From positions 1,204,485 to 1,266,484 of the forward strand of contig MU053431.1 in NCBI GenBank assembly GCA_013239625.1: DNA of 62,000 bases, written 5' to 3'. The notes below the pieces were generated by a model, which saw only the letters and a program-made list of their open reading frames with translations, ran no database searches and was not told where the DNA came from. Both the position numbers and the translations under genes were made by a program. Positions 1-12,736 of the stretch are shown in pieces (positions within the stretch are counted from its first letter, which is position 1; every line of letters begins with the position of its first letter). The DNA is from Lama guanicoe. Its lineage: Eukaryota.

Positions 1-455
1 GACACTTCCCCACCGTACCTGTTCAGTGAGCCAGGCTGGGACCCACATCTGTCCGCGAGCATCAGCTCAGGGCTATGGCATCTGCAGTGGCGAAGCGGGC
101 TTGGCACTGTCCCCGGGGGCTCACAGTTCCAGGCTGCAGGGGGCCACAGAGGCACATCGAAGGCTGGGCTTCCCATCAGAGTAGCTGGGGGCTGCCTTGT
201 GGGATGGCGAGATGGTGACAGAACAGGGGCAACTGGCAGGAGGAAGGAGAGGGTGTCCGAGTGGGGACAGTGCAGGCAAAGGTGACAAGGTCAGATAGCA
301 TGACCTCTGACCCCTGAAGTGGGCAGGAGCCAAGGGTGGGGTGAGCTGGTGCAGGCAGAACAGGGCTCAGGCAACTGGCAGGAGGAAGGAGAGGGTGTCC
401 GAGTGGGGACAGTGCAGGCAAAGGTGACAAGGTCAGATAGCATGACCTCTGACCC
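1..455 (+). repeat. Rearranged duplicate copies of 2311-2527 and ~2726-2876 beside the gap (probable misassembly)
   Basis: 1-217 is identical to 2311-2527. 219-338 and ~336-455 are two copies of ~2726-2876 with short deletions and two shared substitutions (ggggac vs ggagac; gatagc vs gatggc). Confidence 0.85.
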
Positions 456-460
456 GACCC

Positions 461-1437
461 NNNNNNNNNNNNNNNNNNNNNNNNNNNNNNNNNNNNNNNN
501 NNNNNNNNNNNNNNNNNNNNNNNNNNNNNNNNNNNNNNNNNNNNNNNNNNNNNNNNNNNNNNNNNNNNNNNNNNNNNNNNNNNNNNNNNNNNNNNNNNNN
601 NNNNNNNNNNNNNNNNNNNNNNNNNNNNNNNNNNNNNNNNNNNNNNNNNNNNNNNNNNNNNNNNNNNNNNNNNNNNNNNNNNNNNNNNNNNNNNNNNNNN
701 NNNNNNNNNNNNNNNNNNNNNNNNNNNNNNNNNNNNNNNNNNNNNNNNNNNNNNNNNNNNNNNNNNNNNNNNNNNNNNNNNNNNNNNNNNNNNNNNNNNN
801 NNNNNNNNNNNNNNNNNNNNNNNNNNNNNNNNNNNNNNNNNNNNNNNNNNNNNNNNNNNNNNNNNNNNNNNNNNNNNNNNNNNNNNNNNNNNNNNNNNNN
901 NNNNNNNNNNNNNNNNNNNNNNNNNNNNNNNNNNNNNNNNNNNNNNNNNNNNNNNNNNNNNNNNNNNNNNNNNNNNNNNNNNNNNNNNNNNNNNNNNNNN
1001 NNNNNNNNNNNNNNNNNNNNNNNNNNNNNNNNNNNNNNNNNNNNNNNNNNNNNNNNNNNNNNNNNNNNNNNNNNNNNNNNNNNNNNNNNNNNNNNNNNNN
1101 NNNNNNNNNNNNNNNNNNNNNNNNNNNNNNNNNNNNNNNNNNNNNNNNNNNNNNNNNNNNNNNNNNNNNNNNNNNNNNNNNNNNNNNNNNNNNNNNNNNN
1201 NNNNNNNNNNNNNNNNNNNNNNNNNNNNNNNNNNNNNNNNNNNNNNNNNNNNNNNNNNNNNNNNNNNNNNNNNNNNNNNNNNNNNNNNNNNNNNNNNNNN
1301 NNNNNNNNNNNNNNNNNNNNNNNNNNNNNNNNNNNNNNNNNNNNNNNNNNNNNNNNNNNNNNNNNNNNNNNNNNNNNNNNNNNNNNNNNNNNNNNNNNNN
1401 NNNNNNNNNNNNNNNNNNNNNNNNNNNNNNNNNNNNN
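461..1437. other. Assembly gap (N run, 977 nt)
   Basis: Continuous N run seen in the sequence. Confidence 0.99.
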
Positions 1438-1939
1438 CCCGGGGCCTCAGACAGCCCTCGTCCTGCCCGGGAGACAGTCACACCTCTCCAACCCCCTGTT
1501 CCCCTGATCCCTCCAGGAGCCAACCCTGCCTTCAGGTGTAGACTGCCCCCTGCTGTGCTTCCCAGGCCCCCCATCCTGCGTCCCCCCCAGAATGCCTGTG
1601 ACCTCTTCTATAGCAGGACAGCCTGAGCTCCAAGGGGCAGGGTGTTCACAGAGAAAACCCGCTGGGCTCTGCTCCTGGTGTCTTTCAGGGAGAGTTTTAA
1701 TTGCTAAGGTGGTGCGGGGCAGCATCTCAGCTGACCGGGGCGTGTAAGTGCCCAGGGGCCAGGGCTGCGCCGACGACCCCCCCAACCCCAACCCTGGCCG
1801 AGATGCGAGTGTCCAGAAGCACATGGGGCACCAGCTTTGGGATTCTTAACACTTGCTGGTTCCCAGCATTTCCAGGGGTTTCCAAATGCCGTCTCCTTGC
1901 CGACCTCTACTTACTGTCATCACAGGAAGAAATAAGCCC

Positions 1940-2112
1940 GGGGGGAGATGGGGCAGGGGGAGCGGCATGGAGCTGAGTGGTAGAGCACGTGCTTAGCATG
2001 CACGAGGTCATGGGTTCAATCCCTGGTACCTCCACTAAAGAAAGAAAGAAAGAAACCTAATTACCTCCCACCCCCAAAAAAAAGTTTAAAAGAAAAATTA
2101 ATTTTAAAAAAA
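1940..2112 (+). mobile_element. tRNA-Ala(AGC)-derived SINE, camelid Vic-1-like
   Basis: G-rich 5' leader; A-box-like AGCTGAGTGG (1971-1980); anticodon arm GCTTAGCATGC; B-box GGTTCAATCCC (2013-2023); then an (AAAG)n tract, CCTAATTACCTCCC and an A-rich tail. This layout matches the camelid SINE as I recall it. Confidence 0.85.
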
Positions 2113-2954
2113 GAAGCTCAAGAGAATGCAGGACAGCGTTTCCTGTGAAGCAAGATGAAAAACGCAAAATAGAAGCCCCCGTCCGTGCCGAGCTCCCCAT
2201 TGGCCTCTCTCCACTCACGGATGGAGCCATCAAAGCCACACAGAGCCCCCGGGCCCTCAGGCCCAGAACTGCTTTCTGGGGCCTCCCACCAGCACAGCCT
2301 GGCTGGAAGGGACACTTCCCCACCGTACCTGTTCAGTGAGCCAGGCTGGGACCCACATCTGTCCGCGAGCATCAGCTCAGGGCTATGGCATCTGCAGTGG
2401 CGAAGCGGGCTTGGCACTGTCCCCGGGGGCTCACAGTTCCAGGCTGCAGGGGGCCACAGAGGCACATCGAAGGCTGGGCTTCCCATCAGAGTAGCTGGGG
2501 GCTGCCTTGTGGGATGGCGAGATGGTGGTCCCACCCTGGGATGAGAGCCCTGGCAGGGCCACCCAGGCATCGCCCACCCTGCCCGCCTCCTCCAGGAAGC
2601 CCTCGCTGCTTTCTTGCCCCTTGCCTACAACCCCCTCCCCTGCCTCTTCCTCAGAGGCCTGGCTGGAGGGCAGGGGCACTGGGAGGCCACCCTCTTACTG
2701 TAGGTTTGCAATTTGACACGGAGGAGGTGGGGTGAGGGCCCCTGGTGCAGGCAGAACAGGGCTCAGGCAACTGGCAGGAGGAAGGAGAGGGTGTCCGAGT
2801 GGAGACAGTGCAGGCAAAGGTGACAAGGTCAGATGGCATGACCTCTGACCCCTGAAGTGGGCAGGAGCCAAGGGTGTGAGGGGGTCTGGGGATGGGGGTC
2901 CTGGCTCCAAGGAAGGCAGCAGGTCAGAGCAATGCTGGCTGGGGGTGACCACAC

Positions 2955-3070
2955 CTGAGCTGCAGCTGGTTTTGTAAATAAAGTTTCATGGGCACACGGC
3001 CACGCCCACTTTTTCACACACGTGGCTGCGTTCCTGATGCAATGGCAGACACCACGTGGCCAAAAAGCCA
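2955..3070 (+). mobile_element. MER58-like hAT-Charlie DNA transposon fragment
   Basis: GTTTTGTAAATAAAGTTTCATGGGCACACGGCCACGCCCAC...TGGCTGC resembles the MER58B consensus. Confidence 0.65.
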
Positions 3071-3827
3071 CCCCCCCCGCCTCCCCGGGGAGCAGCGTGG
3101 TGGCCAGTTCCGTGGGAGGAGCAGGGCTTTCCCCGTACCCTTGGCCTCTGTCCCTGTTGGCCAGGCCGAGGGTCTCAAACTGGTGGCCCAGAGACGGGTT
3201 CAGCCTCAGATGTGTCGCCTTCTTGTCCTTTTGCTGTTCAAACTTGGCCGGCACTTAAGCAGGAGGCTGGTACACAAGCCCAGGTTCCTGGACTGTCTTA
3301 AAGTTCTGAGGCTCCGGGCGTGGGGCCCGCTCTCCCCGCGGCAGCAGGAGGCTGGCCTGTGCCCCCAGCCCTCAGGTTCTTCCCCGGCGTCCAGACTGCC
3401 CTGAGGAGCAGTCATTCCGGCAGTGTGTCTTCCCTCTGTGCCCAGCAGAGTACGGAGGGAAGAGGAGAGAGAAAAGGAAGAGACAGACACAGAGGGAGGC
3501 CATGGGGACAGACCCCAAGCACCACACCTGGGCTGCGCGTTGGGAACCAGAGGCCTTCTTGGCGTCTCCCCGCCCAGGCAGCAGGCCCCGGAGGGAGCTC
3601 TACCTGCAGTGCTGGCGTTGTCTGTCTGTGGCCCAGCTTGGTGCTGCAGAAAGCGAACCCAGTTACGGGCGGGGGGGGCTGGCATGGAGGAGCGACCATG
3701 TCCCCCAGGCTCCCTGCACAGGGAGTGTGGGTGGGGCCAGGACAGGGGTCGAAGGCCCTGAGTGGTCGTGAAGCCCGGGGGGCAGCAGCCAGCCAGTCTC
3801 ACATCTTGAGTGTGCAAACAGCAGCCG

Positions 3828-3875
3828 NNNNNNNNNNNNNNNNNNNNNNNNNNNNNNNNNNNNNNNNNNNNNNNN
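3828..3875. other. Assembly gap (N run, 48 nt)
   Basis: Continuous N run seen in the sequence. Confidence 0.99.
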
Positions 3876-4429
3876 GCGCTCTCCAGGGAAGCCAGAGTCC
3901 CAGAGGCGGTTGGTGAGGGTTTAGAGAGGGTGGTGCTGCTGCCCGGCCCGCGGTGGAGGGCTCTGACACAGAGCCGAGGGCATCCTCACCCGGGGGGGGC
4001 TCGGGGGGCACCCAGCCCCACCCTCCCAGGCAGAGGAACCTCAGAAAGGGGCCCTCGGCCCCACCCAGACCTGCACCTGCAGCAGGTGCCCCGAGACTCC
4101 CCTCTCCCTGCAGAAGAGCAGCGCATGCACCTGAAGGGCTGCGGGGCTGCAAGGAAGGAGGGGCCCGAGGAGGAGGCTTGGCCTGCTGTGGGGGGCAGGG
4201 AGAGGCTGGTGGGGGGCTGCTGGGTGCAGAGTAGGTGCCCTGTGGGTCTGTTCAGCCTGGGCTCAGCCTGCAGCCCCAGCGTGGGGCCCATGCCGGACCA
4301 CAGGCAGCCGGACGCAGCCCCACCAGCTCGGTGAGCCAGGCCTGGCCGTGGTTGCAGAGTACACGGCCCCGGGGGCCCCATGAGACAGCTGTGCTGGCAC
4401 CTTGAGACATCATCCAGGTGCCACGAAGG

Positions 4430-4900
4430 GCACACTTTCCACGGATTTAGTGCAAGTTTCAGCCGATTTAGTGCCTTCACTGCCGTGTACCCTCCACCGC
4501 TGTCTATTCCATCCCCTAAAAACCCCGCGCCAACAGCAGTCACTGCCATGCCCCCAGCTCCCCAGGCCTGGCAGCCTCCAACCTGCCCTCCCGATGGGGT
4601 AGTCTGTTCTGGACTTTCATTCAGCCTGGGGGCCTCTGCATCTGCCCGCTTTCCCTGGGCATCGGGTTTTCGAGGTTCATCCGCATTGTAGCCAGTGTCC
4701 GTAAAGCACCCCTTTTGATGGCTGAACGATACCCCCGTACAGACAGACAGACATTGGCTCATTCCCACATCTGCTGGTGGGCATTCAGGCTGCTCCCCTT
4801 GTGACTGGTGCTGCCGTGAGCCCGGGGCAGCACCTGCCCGTTCCGGGCCTCGGGCACACGCCCAGGCGTGCAGTTGCGGGCTGAGATTACGAGAACCCGG
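4430..4900 (-). mobile_element. Ancient L1M (L1MB-like) 3' end fragment
   Basis: Degenerate matches to reverse L1M 3' motifs: TCTGTTCTGGACTTTCAT, GAGGTTCATCCGCATTGTAGC, TTTTGATGGCTGAACGATACCCC, TCTGCTGGTGGGCATT. Confidence 0.6.
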
Positions 4901-6409
4901 CCCTCGGTGTGCCTCGTCTCCTGGCAGTGACCAGTGTCACAGGGGATGTGATGACCCAGCGAGGGGAGAGGAAGACCTCATTCTGGAAAGACGGACTGCG
5001 GGAGGAGCCTGCGAGTCTGAACGTGGGCTGCCGGCCTCTCAGCCTTGATTTCCCCCACACACTGACCACCAGGCGGGCAGGGAGACGTGCTGGCAGCACA
5101 GAGGCTAACGCCGCCCCGGGAGCGGCCGGACGGCAGGGTCGGAACTGCAAGCTGACACGGGAGTGGGGGGTCAGCCGCCGGTGCGCATCCTAGTGGCCCC
5201 GCGTGGGGAGGCCCCGCGTGGGGAGGGCACAGGGATCTTTGACGCTTTTCTAGGGCAGGCCGGCCAGATGCATTATTGATGGATGTTCTGCAAAATTTAA
5301 ACGCTGAGCTGCGGGAGGTGAGTGAGAACCCCAGGGATGCCCGCTGCAGTTTTCTTTCCTCCTCTTGAACTTGAAAACGGCCAAATCACGTTTTAATGAA
5401 TTCGCTGCGACCACTGCTGCCCGGCTCCAGGGGTGTCCGGCCATGTTCTCTGCAGCCGGCAGGGGCAGGGTGGATACCGCTGCACAGCTGCCCGGGCTGG
5501 CGGGCAGGGGCACCTGCTCAGTACACCCACCGCCCTGCCGGGCCGCCCACTGCCCCACCCACCCCCTCCTGCTGCTCCGTGTCGGGGTCAGTGCGGAGAC
5601 GGAGGCTTCACAATCAGCCTGTGGAGAAGGGCCCATGGCCGGTCCAGGGCTGGAACCAGGGTCATCCCTCCCTCCCAGGAGGGCCCAGGAAGCCAACCGC
5701 TGGGATTCAGGCTCCCATGGCCGGGGCCCAGGCACGCTGCCCTCCGGCCAGGGCCTTGGGGAGCCACCTGGCCCCCGAAGACTCCATGTGGTCACCTGCA
5801 TAGTGGGGAGGACGCTGCCCGCGACTCCCCAGGGCTGGTCAGAGCGCAGGTCAGGGTGCCCGGCTGGTCTGTGGCAGCAGCTGGCCTCACGTGAACCATG
5901 AGACACATGCACTTTGGGGCCAGGAAACCAGGTCCGGAGGAAGGCTTTGTGAATAAAAACAGAAATCCCAGCCCCACCAGACACCCCCTCCCCCCTGAGT
6001 AAAGATGGGCCAGTCGTGTGAGCGTGTCTGTCTCCAGGGACGGGGGCAGGTCCTGCCCACCCACCCCGTCTCTGAGCGCCTTTCCAGAGGGGATTTGGTG
6101 AAAGAGAAAAACAGTGACCATTATTAAGTCTGAAAAGTAACTTTCTAAAACAAAATCCACAGCACAGAGCCTGGACCCGCGCCCGCGCCCACCCCAGTGC
6201 TCCCACGGTGCCCAGACCCGTGACCCGGCTGGGCTGGCCTGGATCTCAGAGGCCCCGCCCTCAGGGAGGCCCTGGCTTCTACTGGGAGTCCCTGCACAGA
6301 TTTCCTCCTTCTTGCTATTGTCTTCGCGCCCCACCCCCCAGCACCACAGCCAGGAAGGACCCCACCCGGCACCCAAAAGCCAGGCCCGCACGCCCTCTAG
6401 AGGTGGTCG

Positions 6410-6640
6410 GCTGCACAACATGCACTCACACACGAATGTGCACACGTACACAGCCATATACCCACGTGCATACACATGGATACACATGTACGTGTGTGCT
6501 TACTTGCATTCACACAGGTACACACACACCTATACACGTGTGTGCGTGCACAATGACACATACATGCAGGTACAGAAACACGGGTACACGGACATCACAC
6601 ACATATGCACACATGCGCACATACACGCGTGTGTCCCTGT
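6410..6640. repeat. Degenerate (CA)/(TACACA)-rich low-complexity repeat
   Basis: Visible CA/TG alternation over ~230 nt. Confidence 0.85.
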
Positions 6641-9600
6641 GTCTCTGAGATGGTTTCTCTTCAGTGTCTTCTGAGAGCAGCAGCCCCCCGTGGTCCCATG
6701 AGGAGGCTGTGACTCGATGACCAAGGAGAGAAAGATCGGAGGAGTGACTTGGTGCTGCAGGAGTGACCTCGTGCTGCGGTCCCGCACAGGATACTTCCCT
6801 CCCTCTTCTCTGGTCAAGTCCCTCCCTTAGCTGTTGTCTGCGTCCTCTTGTGTTTCCCGCTTCGGCCCTGCAGCGGCGGCTGGTCCCTGGAGGCGAGGTC
6901 TGGGGTGAGGTTTGACGGCTCCAATCGCATCTGCCCGGCCCTCTGGCCCTGGGTATCCCTCCTTCCTGCCGGTGGTCAGACGGGCAGAGACCCAGCGGTG
7001 AGGCCACGGGGTCTTGGGCAAAGGCTCCGAGCAGGATCTCCCCGTCTGCTTCGAGCACAGCCCGTGTGGGGCTGAGGGCACTTAGGGTGCCTCATCCCCC
7101 AGCGGCCTGGTGGGAATGGTGAACTGAGGCCATTACGCGGTTGCGGGGGAGATGACATGCTGGGCACTGCATCATCAGACAACAGAAACACATCCTCTCC
7201 CAGCTCTGGAGGCGAGAGGTCCAAACCAGTGTGGGCAGTGCTGGCTCCTCCGGGGGTCGTGGAGTAAGCACCTCCTGTGCCTCTTCCTGCTTCGGTGTCC
7301 AGCGGGGAGGGCGGCTGTGGGGCAGGGTGTGTGTTCTATACACCGGGGCGGGGAAGGCCTTGCTGACGGAGTAAGCAGAGCGTCGGGGCAGGCAAAACAG
7401 CCCTGCGTCAGCCCTGGGGTGAGGCCCGGCCTTCGAGGAGCAGCAAGGGGTCCTGTGTCCGCAGCAAAGCGGGCGAGAGTGGGGCCAGCGGGGCCGCCAC
7501 CTGCTCCTGGGACTGGGGGCCTGCGGGCCTCCGCTTCTGCCACAGCGCGCAGACAGTTTTCACAGAGGGGCGGGTGGCCAGCTCAGCTACCACCTGCGAG
7601 CCCAGGAGGGTGGGCGGGGGGTGCAGAGCCTGCACCCAGTGCCTCTCGGTCCCGGTCTCTCCTGGCTCCGCCGGCCTGGGTCCCCAGATGGGCCTCGTGG
7701 GCTGGACCTAGACAGTCACAGATGGACCTTCAAAAATACAGTTATGTTTAGGACTAATTCCTATTTATGGCAGGTGATGCTGATTTGCCATTTATAGCAG
7801 AGGCATAAACTGCTTTTAAATTTGTTTATTAAAGTGCAGGAAAGTCTTTGCTGTAAGGTATAGCCTGAAGACAGGACTGGATGGGCAGGGAGTTTGGCCC
7901 CAGAGAGTGAGGGAACCTCCACCGTGACGCCCTGACCGAGGCCACGGGAGTCGGGCCTGGAGTCTGTCCTCAGCCACGGGGCCTCTGGTCCTCCCACTGC
8001 TCTTCCTGTGATAATGTCCCTCACAAAACGAATGACAGTAAGAGGTAGTGGCAAAGGGCAGAAAGCAGCCCCAACAGGGCCAAACAGAAAAAGGGGAATT
8101 ACTGGCTTGTGTAACTGAACACAAAGGGCTGCTTCAGGCCTAGCTGGATCCAGGTGCTCGATGGGGCTCCAGGACTCACCTCCCTGGTCCTCATCTCAGC
8201 TGTTTCCCTTGTTGGTAGTGTTTTCAGGGAGGCCCTTCCCACGCTGCACCCAGGATGTCCTTGCCCCGACGGCCTCCCAGACTGTGCCCCCCAGTTCAGC
8301 AGCCACGAAGGGAGAGAGCCCTGCCTCCCAGCAGGTCCAACCATCAGCGCAGCTTGAGGCCCTTGGCCATCCCAGTACCAATGACAGGACCTGGGAAACA
8401 GGTGTTGCTGACTGACCAGGCCTGGGCCACACGAGCCTCTGCAGGTGGACAGTGGGTTCCACCCCACCCCAGCCCCATGGCCGGAGGGAGGCCAAGGGAT
8501 GCAGAAGACTGGGGATGGACGTTCCAATCAAGGGCCACTCACTGAACCAGCCCAGTGCCAGCAGCAGCCCAGGCAGCCTCTGGTCTCACAGAAGGCCCGG
8601 CCTGTGGGGACGGGAACTTCGGGTCCCCAGCGCTCGCAGCCCCGCCCCCGGCACGCAGCTCCGCAGGCCGGGGCGCATCAGCCTGGAGATGTCTCAGCCA
8701 ACTCCCTAATGCTGCCCACAGGGAGAGGGGGGCGGGCCTTGCCTGAGGCCACAGCCGGACAGCGGCAGTGCTGGCCTGGCCTCGGGTGCTCACCACCCAG
8801 GGCCCTTCCCTGCACCCAGGCGCCAGGGGGAGGGAGGGGCGCGGCTCCTCCACAACCCCGTCCCAGAGGCCTCGGACCGTCTGCCGGGTGTGGACTGGCA
8901 GGCGAATCCTGACCGTGCAGGCGTCAGGGCCGCCAGTTAAGGATGGCACTGGCGTGCTCTTGGTTGCCGTCCATCCCAGGTTCAGAAAGGCACGCACTAG
9001 CGTCTCGGCCGGTGTCGCCGCCTGGGCAGCACGGAGCCGCCTGCGTCTCACCCGTCACAAAGGCCTGAAGGCAGCGAGCCGCGTCAGGAATCCCAGCGGC
9101 CACTCCCCGGGCCCCGGTTTGCTGTGTGCATGGGGAGCGCGTGCGACTCGTGGCCCCATCTGCAGGGCGGGGCAGGGGCAGGGCCAGGTGCCCGCGACCT
9201 CACAGCAGCCACACTGGCCACCGAAGCAGCGAGCACGAAGGCGCCCCCCAGCCCAGGACAGTCGCCGGGCTTCTCCCCTCAGCCGCCCCAACAGCGCCAG
9301 CCGCTCAGTCTCCTCCGCGCCCCGCCCGTGCTCCCAGCTTCTCCCTGGTGAGCCCCACGCTCTTCGTTCAAGAACCAGCTCTGATGGCGCCGCCAGGGGA
9401 AACCCCTCCCCTCTCCCCGAGTTCCTGTATCGCGTGAACAGGTGCGAGGACAGCAGCCACCTCACTGGGTGGTTGTGATCCACCTGACAAAGGCGGGTCT
9501 CCATAAATGAAGGACGGATGGTAGGTGGATGGGTGGGTGGGCGGGTGGGTGGATGAGGGAGAGAGGAAGGGGGGAGGCAAGGGTTAATCTTTTGTGAGAA

Positions 9601-11188
9601 AGCTTTCATAATAGACGTAGCACCCAAGCAACTGTAAGCTGTTTCTACGGTTTTTCATGTCTCCTGGGAGCACTGTCCACCCACACTCACATATGTCAGC
9701 TGCTCCAGGCGGCGTCACCCACCCGATTCACTCAGCCAGCGCCAACTGTGTGCCTGCCACGCACTGGTACCAGTTCCAGGCAGGGGTTCCAGGAACCCAG
9801 CATGAGCAAGAGGCCGACCTCAGGATGCTCTGCATCTCCCAGGAGAGTCAGGTCAATGTTTGTTGAGTGACTGTCGGAGGGGTAAATCCCAGGACTGGGG
9901 GGCTGGGAGGAGCGGATCCATTCTGCCTTGGCGGTGGGGAGGCTCCCCCGGAGACACGACCACAGCTGATTCGTGGCCGTGGGAACAGTGGAATGGGGGC
10001 CAGGATGGGATGGGGCAGCCCCCAGGGTGGGCTGTGTTGGGCAGGGGAGGGGAGACGTGCTTTCCTGTCCACCGTTTCCGGGACGTGGTGCTGCCCCGGC
10101 CCACGGACTGCCACTTGGGGCCGGGCCGGCTGGATGGCTGCTCCAGCCTGGGCTGGGCACATTCGTGCATCTGACATCAGCTCCCAGGCCGGCTTGGGGG
10201 CGCTGGGGGGCAGAGATGGAGAGTGAAGGCAGGCGGAGGGAGGGACAGAGGGGTGAGTGGAGGGAGGAGAGAGGGACAGTCCGTCTGCAGTGAGAAGTCC
10301 CTTGGAGCCTGTTCCACTGAAGCACAGGGCTGGGAAGTTGGGCTTTTCCCTGAAGCTCCCGGAGGAGCAGCACTTGGGATAATTCATCCCCTAGAGGCAT
10401 TTCAGAAGGTCCCTTTCTGCCCTGGACTCCAGAATCCTCCCTCCCTAACGGTGCCGGGTTGGGGGGGGGGGCTGTGGTCCCAGGAGAGAGGTGCCCACCA
10501 GGCCTGTCCTACCTGTCACAGCGCAGCTCCTGGGGCCCTGGCTCAGAGCAGCTGTGCGGACAGGCCGCCTCTGCTGGCTCGGGGCTCCCGCACCCGAGGA
10601 CTCCGGGCAAGGCTTGGATGGAGGAGGGCGGGGAGGCTCCTTTGGTGCCTTCCTCTCCCACCCAGGTTCACTTGCGTCTTAAAGCTCACACCTGCGTCTG
10701 GACAGCCGCCGCTCCTCCCAGGCCGCGGTCGGACACGAAGGTGCTTGCATCTGTGCACTGCAAAGAGGGAGGAGAGGCTCGTCTTTCCTTTTCCTGCTTG
10801 AATTTCTGGCCTGCAGCTGAACTTGACCCGGAGCATGCTAAAGAAAGGAAGTTTTCCAGATACACGTGTGTGGGGTTGTCTCTCTGGCAAACTGTCCATC
10901 CCTGGTTTTGCAACCCCATGGCGGTGCTGTGTGGTCCCGCATCCCCCCTCCTTCCTGCCTTGATCTACACCGTTGGAAGCCGGGCCGCCGAGACGAGGCA
11001 GCAGACCCTGTCACCCACTGCCGGGTCATCCCCCGAGAGCCCTGCAGCCAGCAGCCCCCACGCCAGGAAGGGGACCCAGCTGCAGCTGACTCCATCCTGG
11101 GGACTATGTGTCTCTGAAGAAACTATAAACAGCCTGTAAACTAAAACCCACACTGATGCACTGTTCTTTCCCCTTTGTCCCCTTCTAG

Positions 11189-11359
<171 letters not shown>

Positions 11360-12324
11360 TAGTTCAGTGGTGTTCGGGCGGCTTCTCTCCACGCTGCTGT
11401 CTGAGGGAGGGAGCTTGACAGATGGCAGTAACGAAGGCCCTGGGCAGGAGTGGAGGTCCAGGTGTCAGAGGCTCTGCTGGGAGCTGGCCCACGCGGGGCG
11501 GGGGCGCCAAACCGGCACGGCGACTCCCCGATCCTGAACCTGGCTAATGACTTGAGAGGCTCCCAGGACACAGCGTGCTGGACACTCCTGCTGAATCCGG
11601 AGGAGCAGACCCCTGGGGTTCAGGCTCCTGGAGAGGCTGCAGACTCGGACACTTTGGGGTGTGCGTGTGGCCGTGTGCGTGGTGGGACCTGCTGGGGACA
11701 CCCGGGTGGAGCTGGGGACAGGGCAGGTCCCTGCAGCAGGAACTTAGCCTTAGCTGGCCCTCCAGGGCCCACCGCCAGCAGGAGGGAAATGCGGCAAGGG
11801 GGTCGCTGCTCACACCCGCTGTGCCCGCTGCTGGTGGGCCCCAAGCTCTGCGCTGGGGACCCGGCCCTGATCCCGCTGCCAGGGGAAGCCCCTCCCCGTC
11901 CCCCACCCTGAGCTCCCTTATCTCCTGAGCAGCTGTGAGGACCTCAGCCACCTCTTTCGGGGTCACCCCCTGGGGTGGGGTTGGGGGCTGACAGTGCGGA
12001 TGCATGCCCACCCCGCGGGTGCCCGTCCAGAAACACGGCAGGTGCGGGGGCAGGGGAGAGGGTCAGTGAGGGCTCCCGGGGTGGTGCTGGGAGGTTGAGG
12101 CCGCAGGCATCCAGGATCTCAGGGTCACCATCTCCGAGCGACACCCGCTCCGCCCCGGGGGCCAGGCCGCTGAGTGCCCACTGGATGAGGGAGTGACAGC
12201 AGGAACAGAAACAGTAAGAACTAGAGCTCAAGCCAAGCTGTGCAGCTCCCCCCGCCCCAGCACGGGCCAGGGCCTCCCGGTCAGCCTCTGGGAGGGTCAG
12301 GCCCAGGCATGGAGGAGGCTGCCA

Positions 12325-12400
12325 AGGCTCAGAGAGGCTAAGTCCCTGGCCAAAGCCACACAGCCCATGAGTGGGAGCAGCTGGGACTGGACCCCAGAAG
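12325..12400 (-). mobile_element. MIR SINE fragment
   Basis: GGCTCAGAGAGGCTAAGTCCCTGGCCAAAGCCACACAGC matches the MIR core. Confidence 0.6.
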
Positions 12401-12736
12401 CTGCACTCTCACGCCGCAGTGAGGGGGGGCCAGGGGAAGGGAGGTGGGTGGACAGAGAGGAGACCCCTGCTGCTCCTGGTGGGTGGGTCGGCCTGCAGCG
12501 AAGGCCCCTCACAGGTCAGAGCCCCTGGCAATGAGCCCCGCACAGCGTCCAAGCATCCCCCCACATCTCTGCAACCCTGCTTCCTGGCCCCACCCCCCCT
12601 GAGTCCCACGTCCCCGCCTGCCCCCTCCCCGCATCCCGCATCCCGCATCCCAGAGCCCCATCTCTGGGTCCTGCTGGACCAGGCCGGGGAGGGCTGTCCC
12701 TGGAGGTGGCACAGCGGCCTCGACCGTGGGGACACA

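Noticed and set aside
291..1626. 427-435 aa ORFs
   Set aside because: They are translations across the N gap.
1960..2035. Functional tRNA-Ala gene
   Set aside because: Acceptor stem and A-box are degenerate, and the sequence continues into a SINE body and A-rich tail rather than a T-run terminator.
1438..11188. CDH4 exon 7 or other upstream exons
   Set aside because: No cadherin-like coding sequence seen; exon 7 presumably lies upstream of the window, although the N gaps cannot be inspected.
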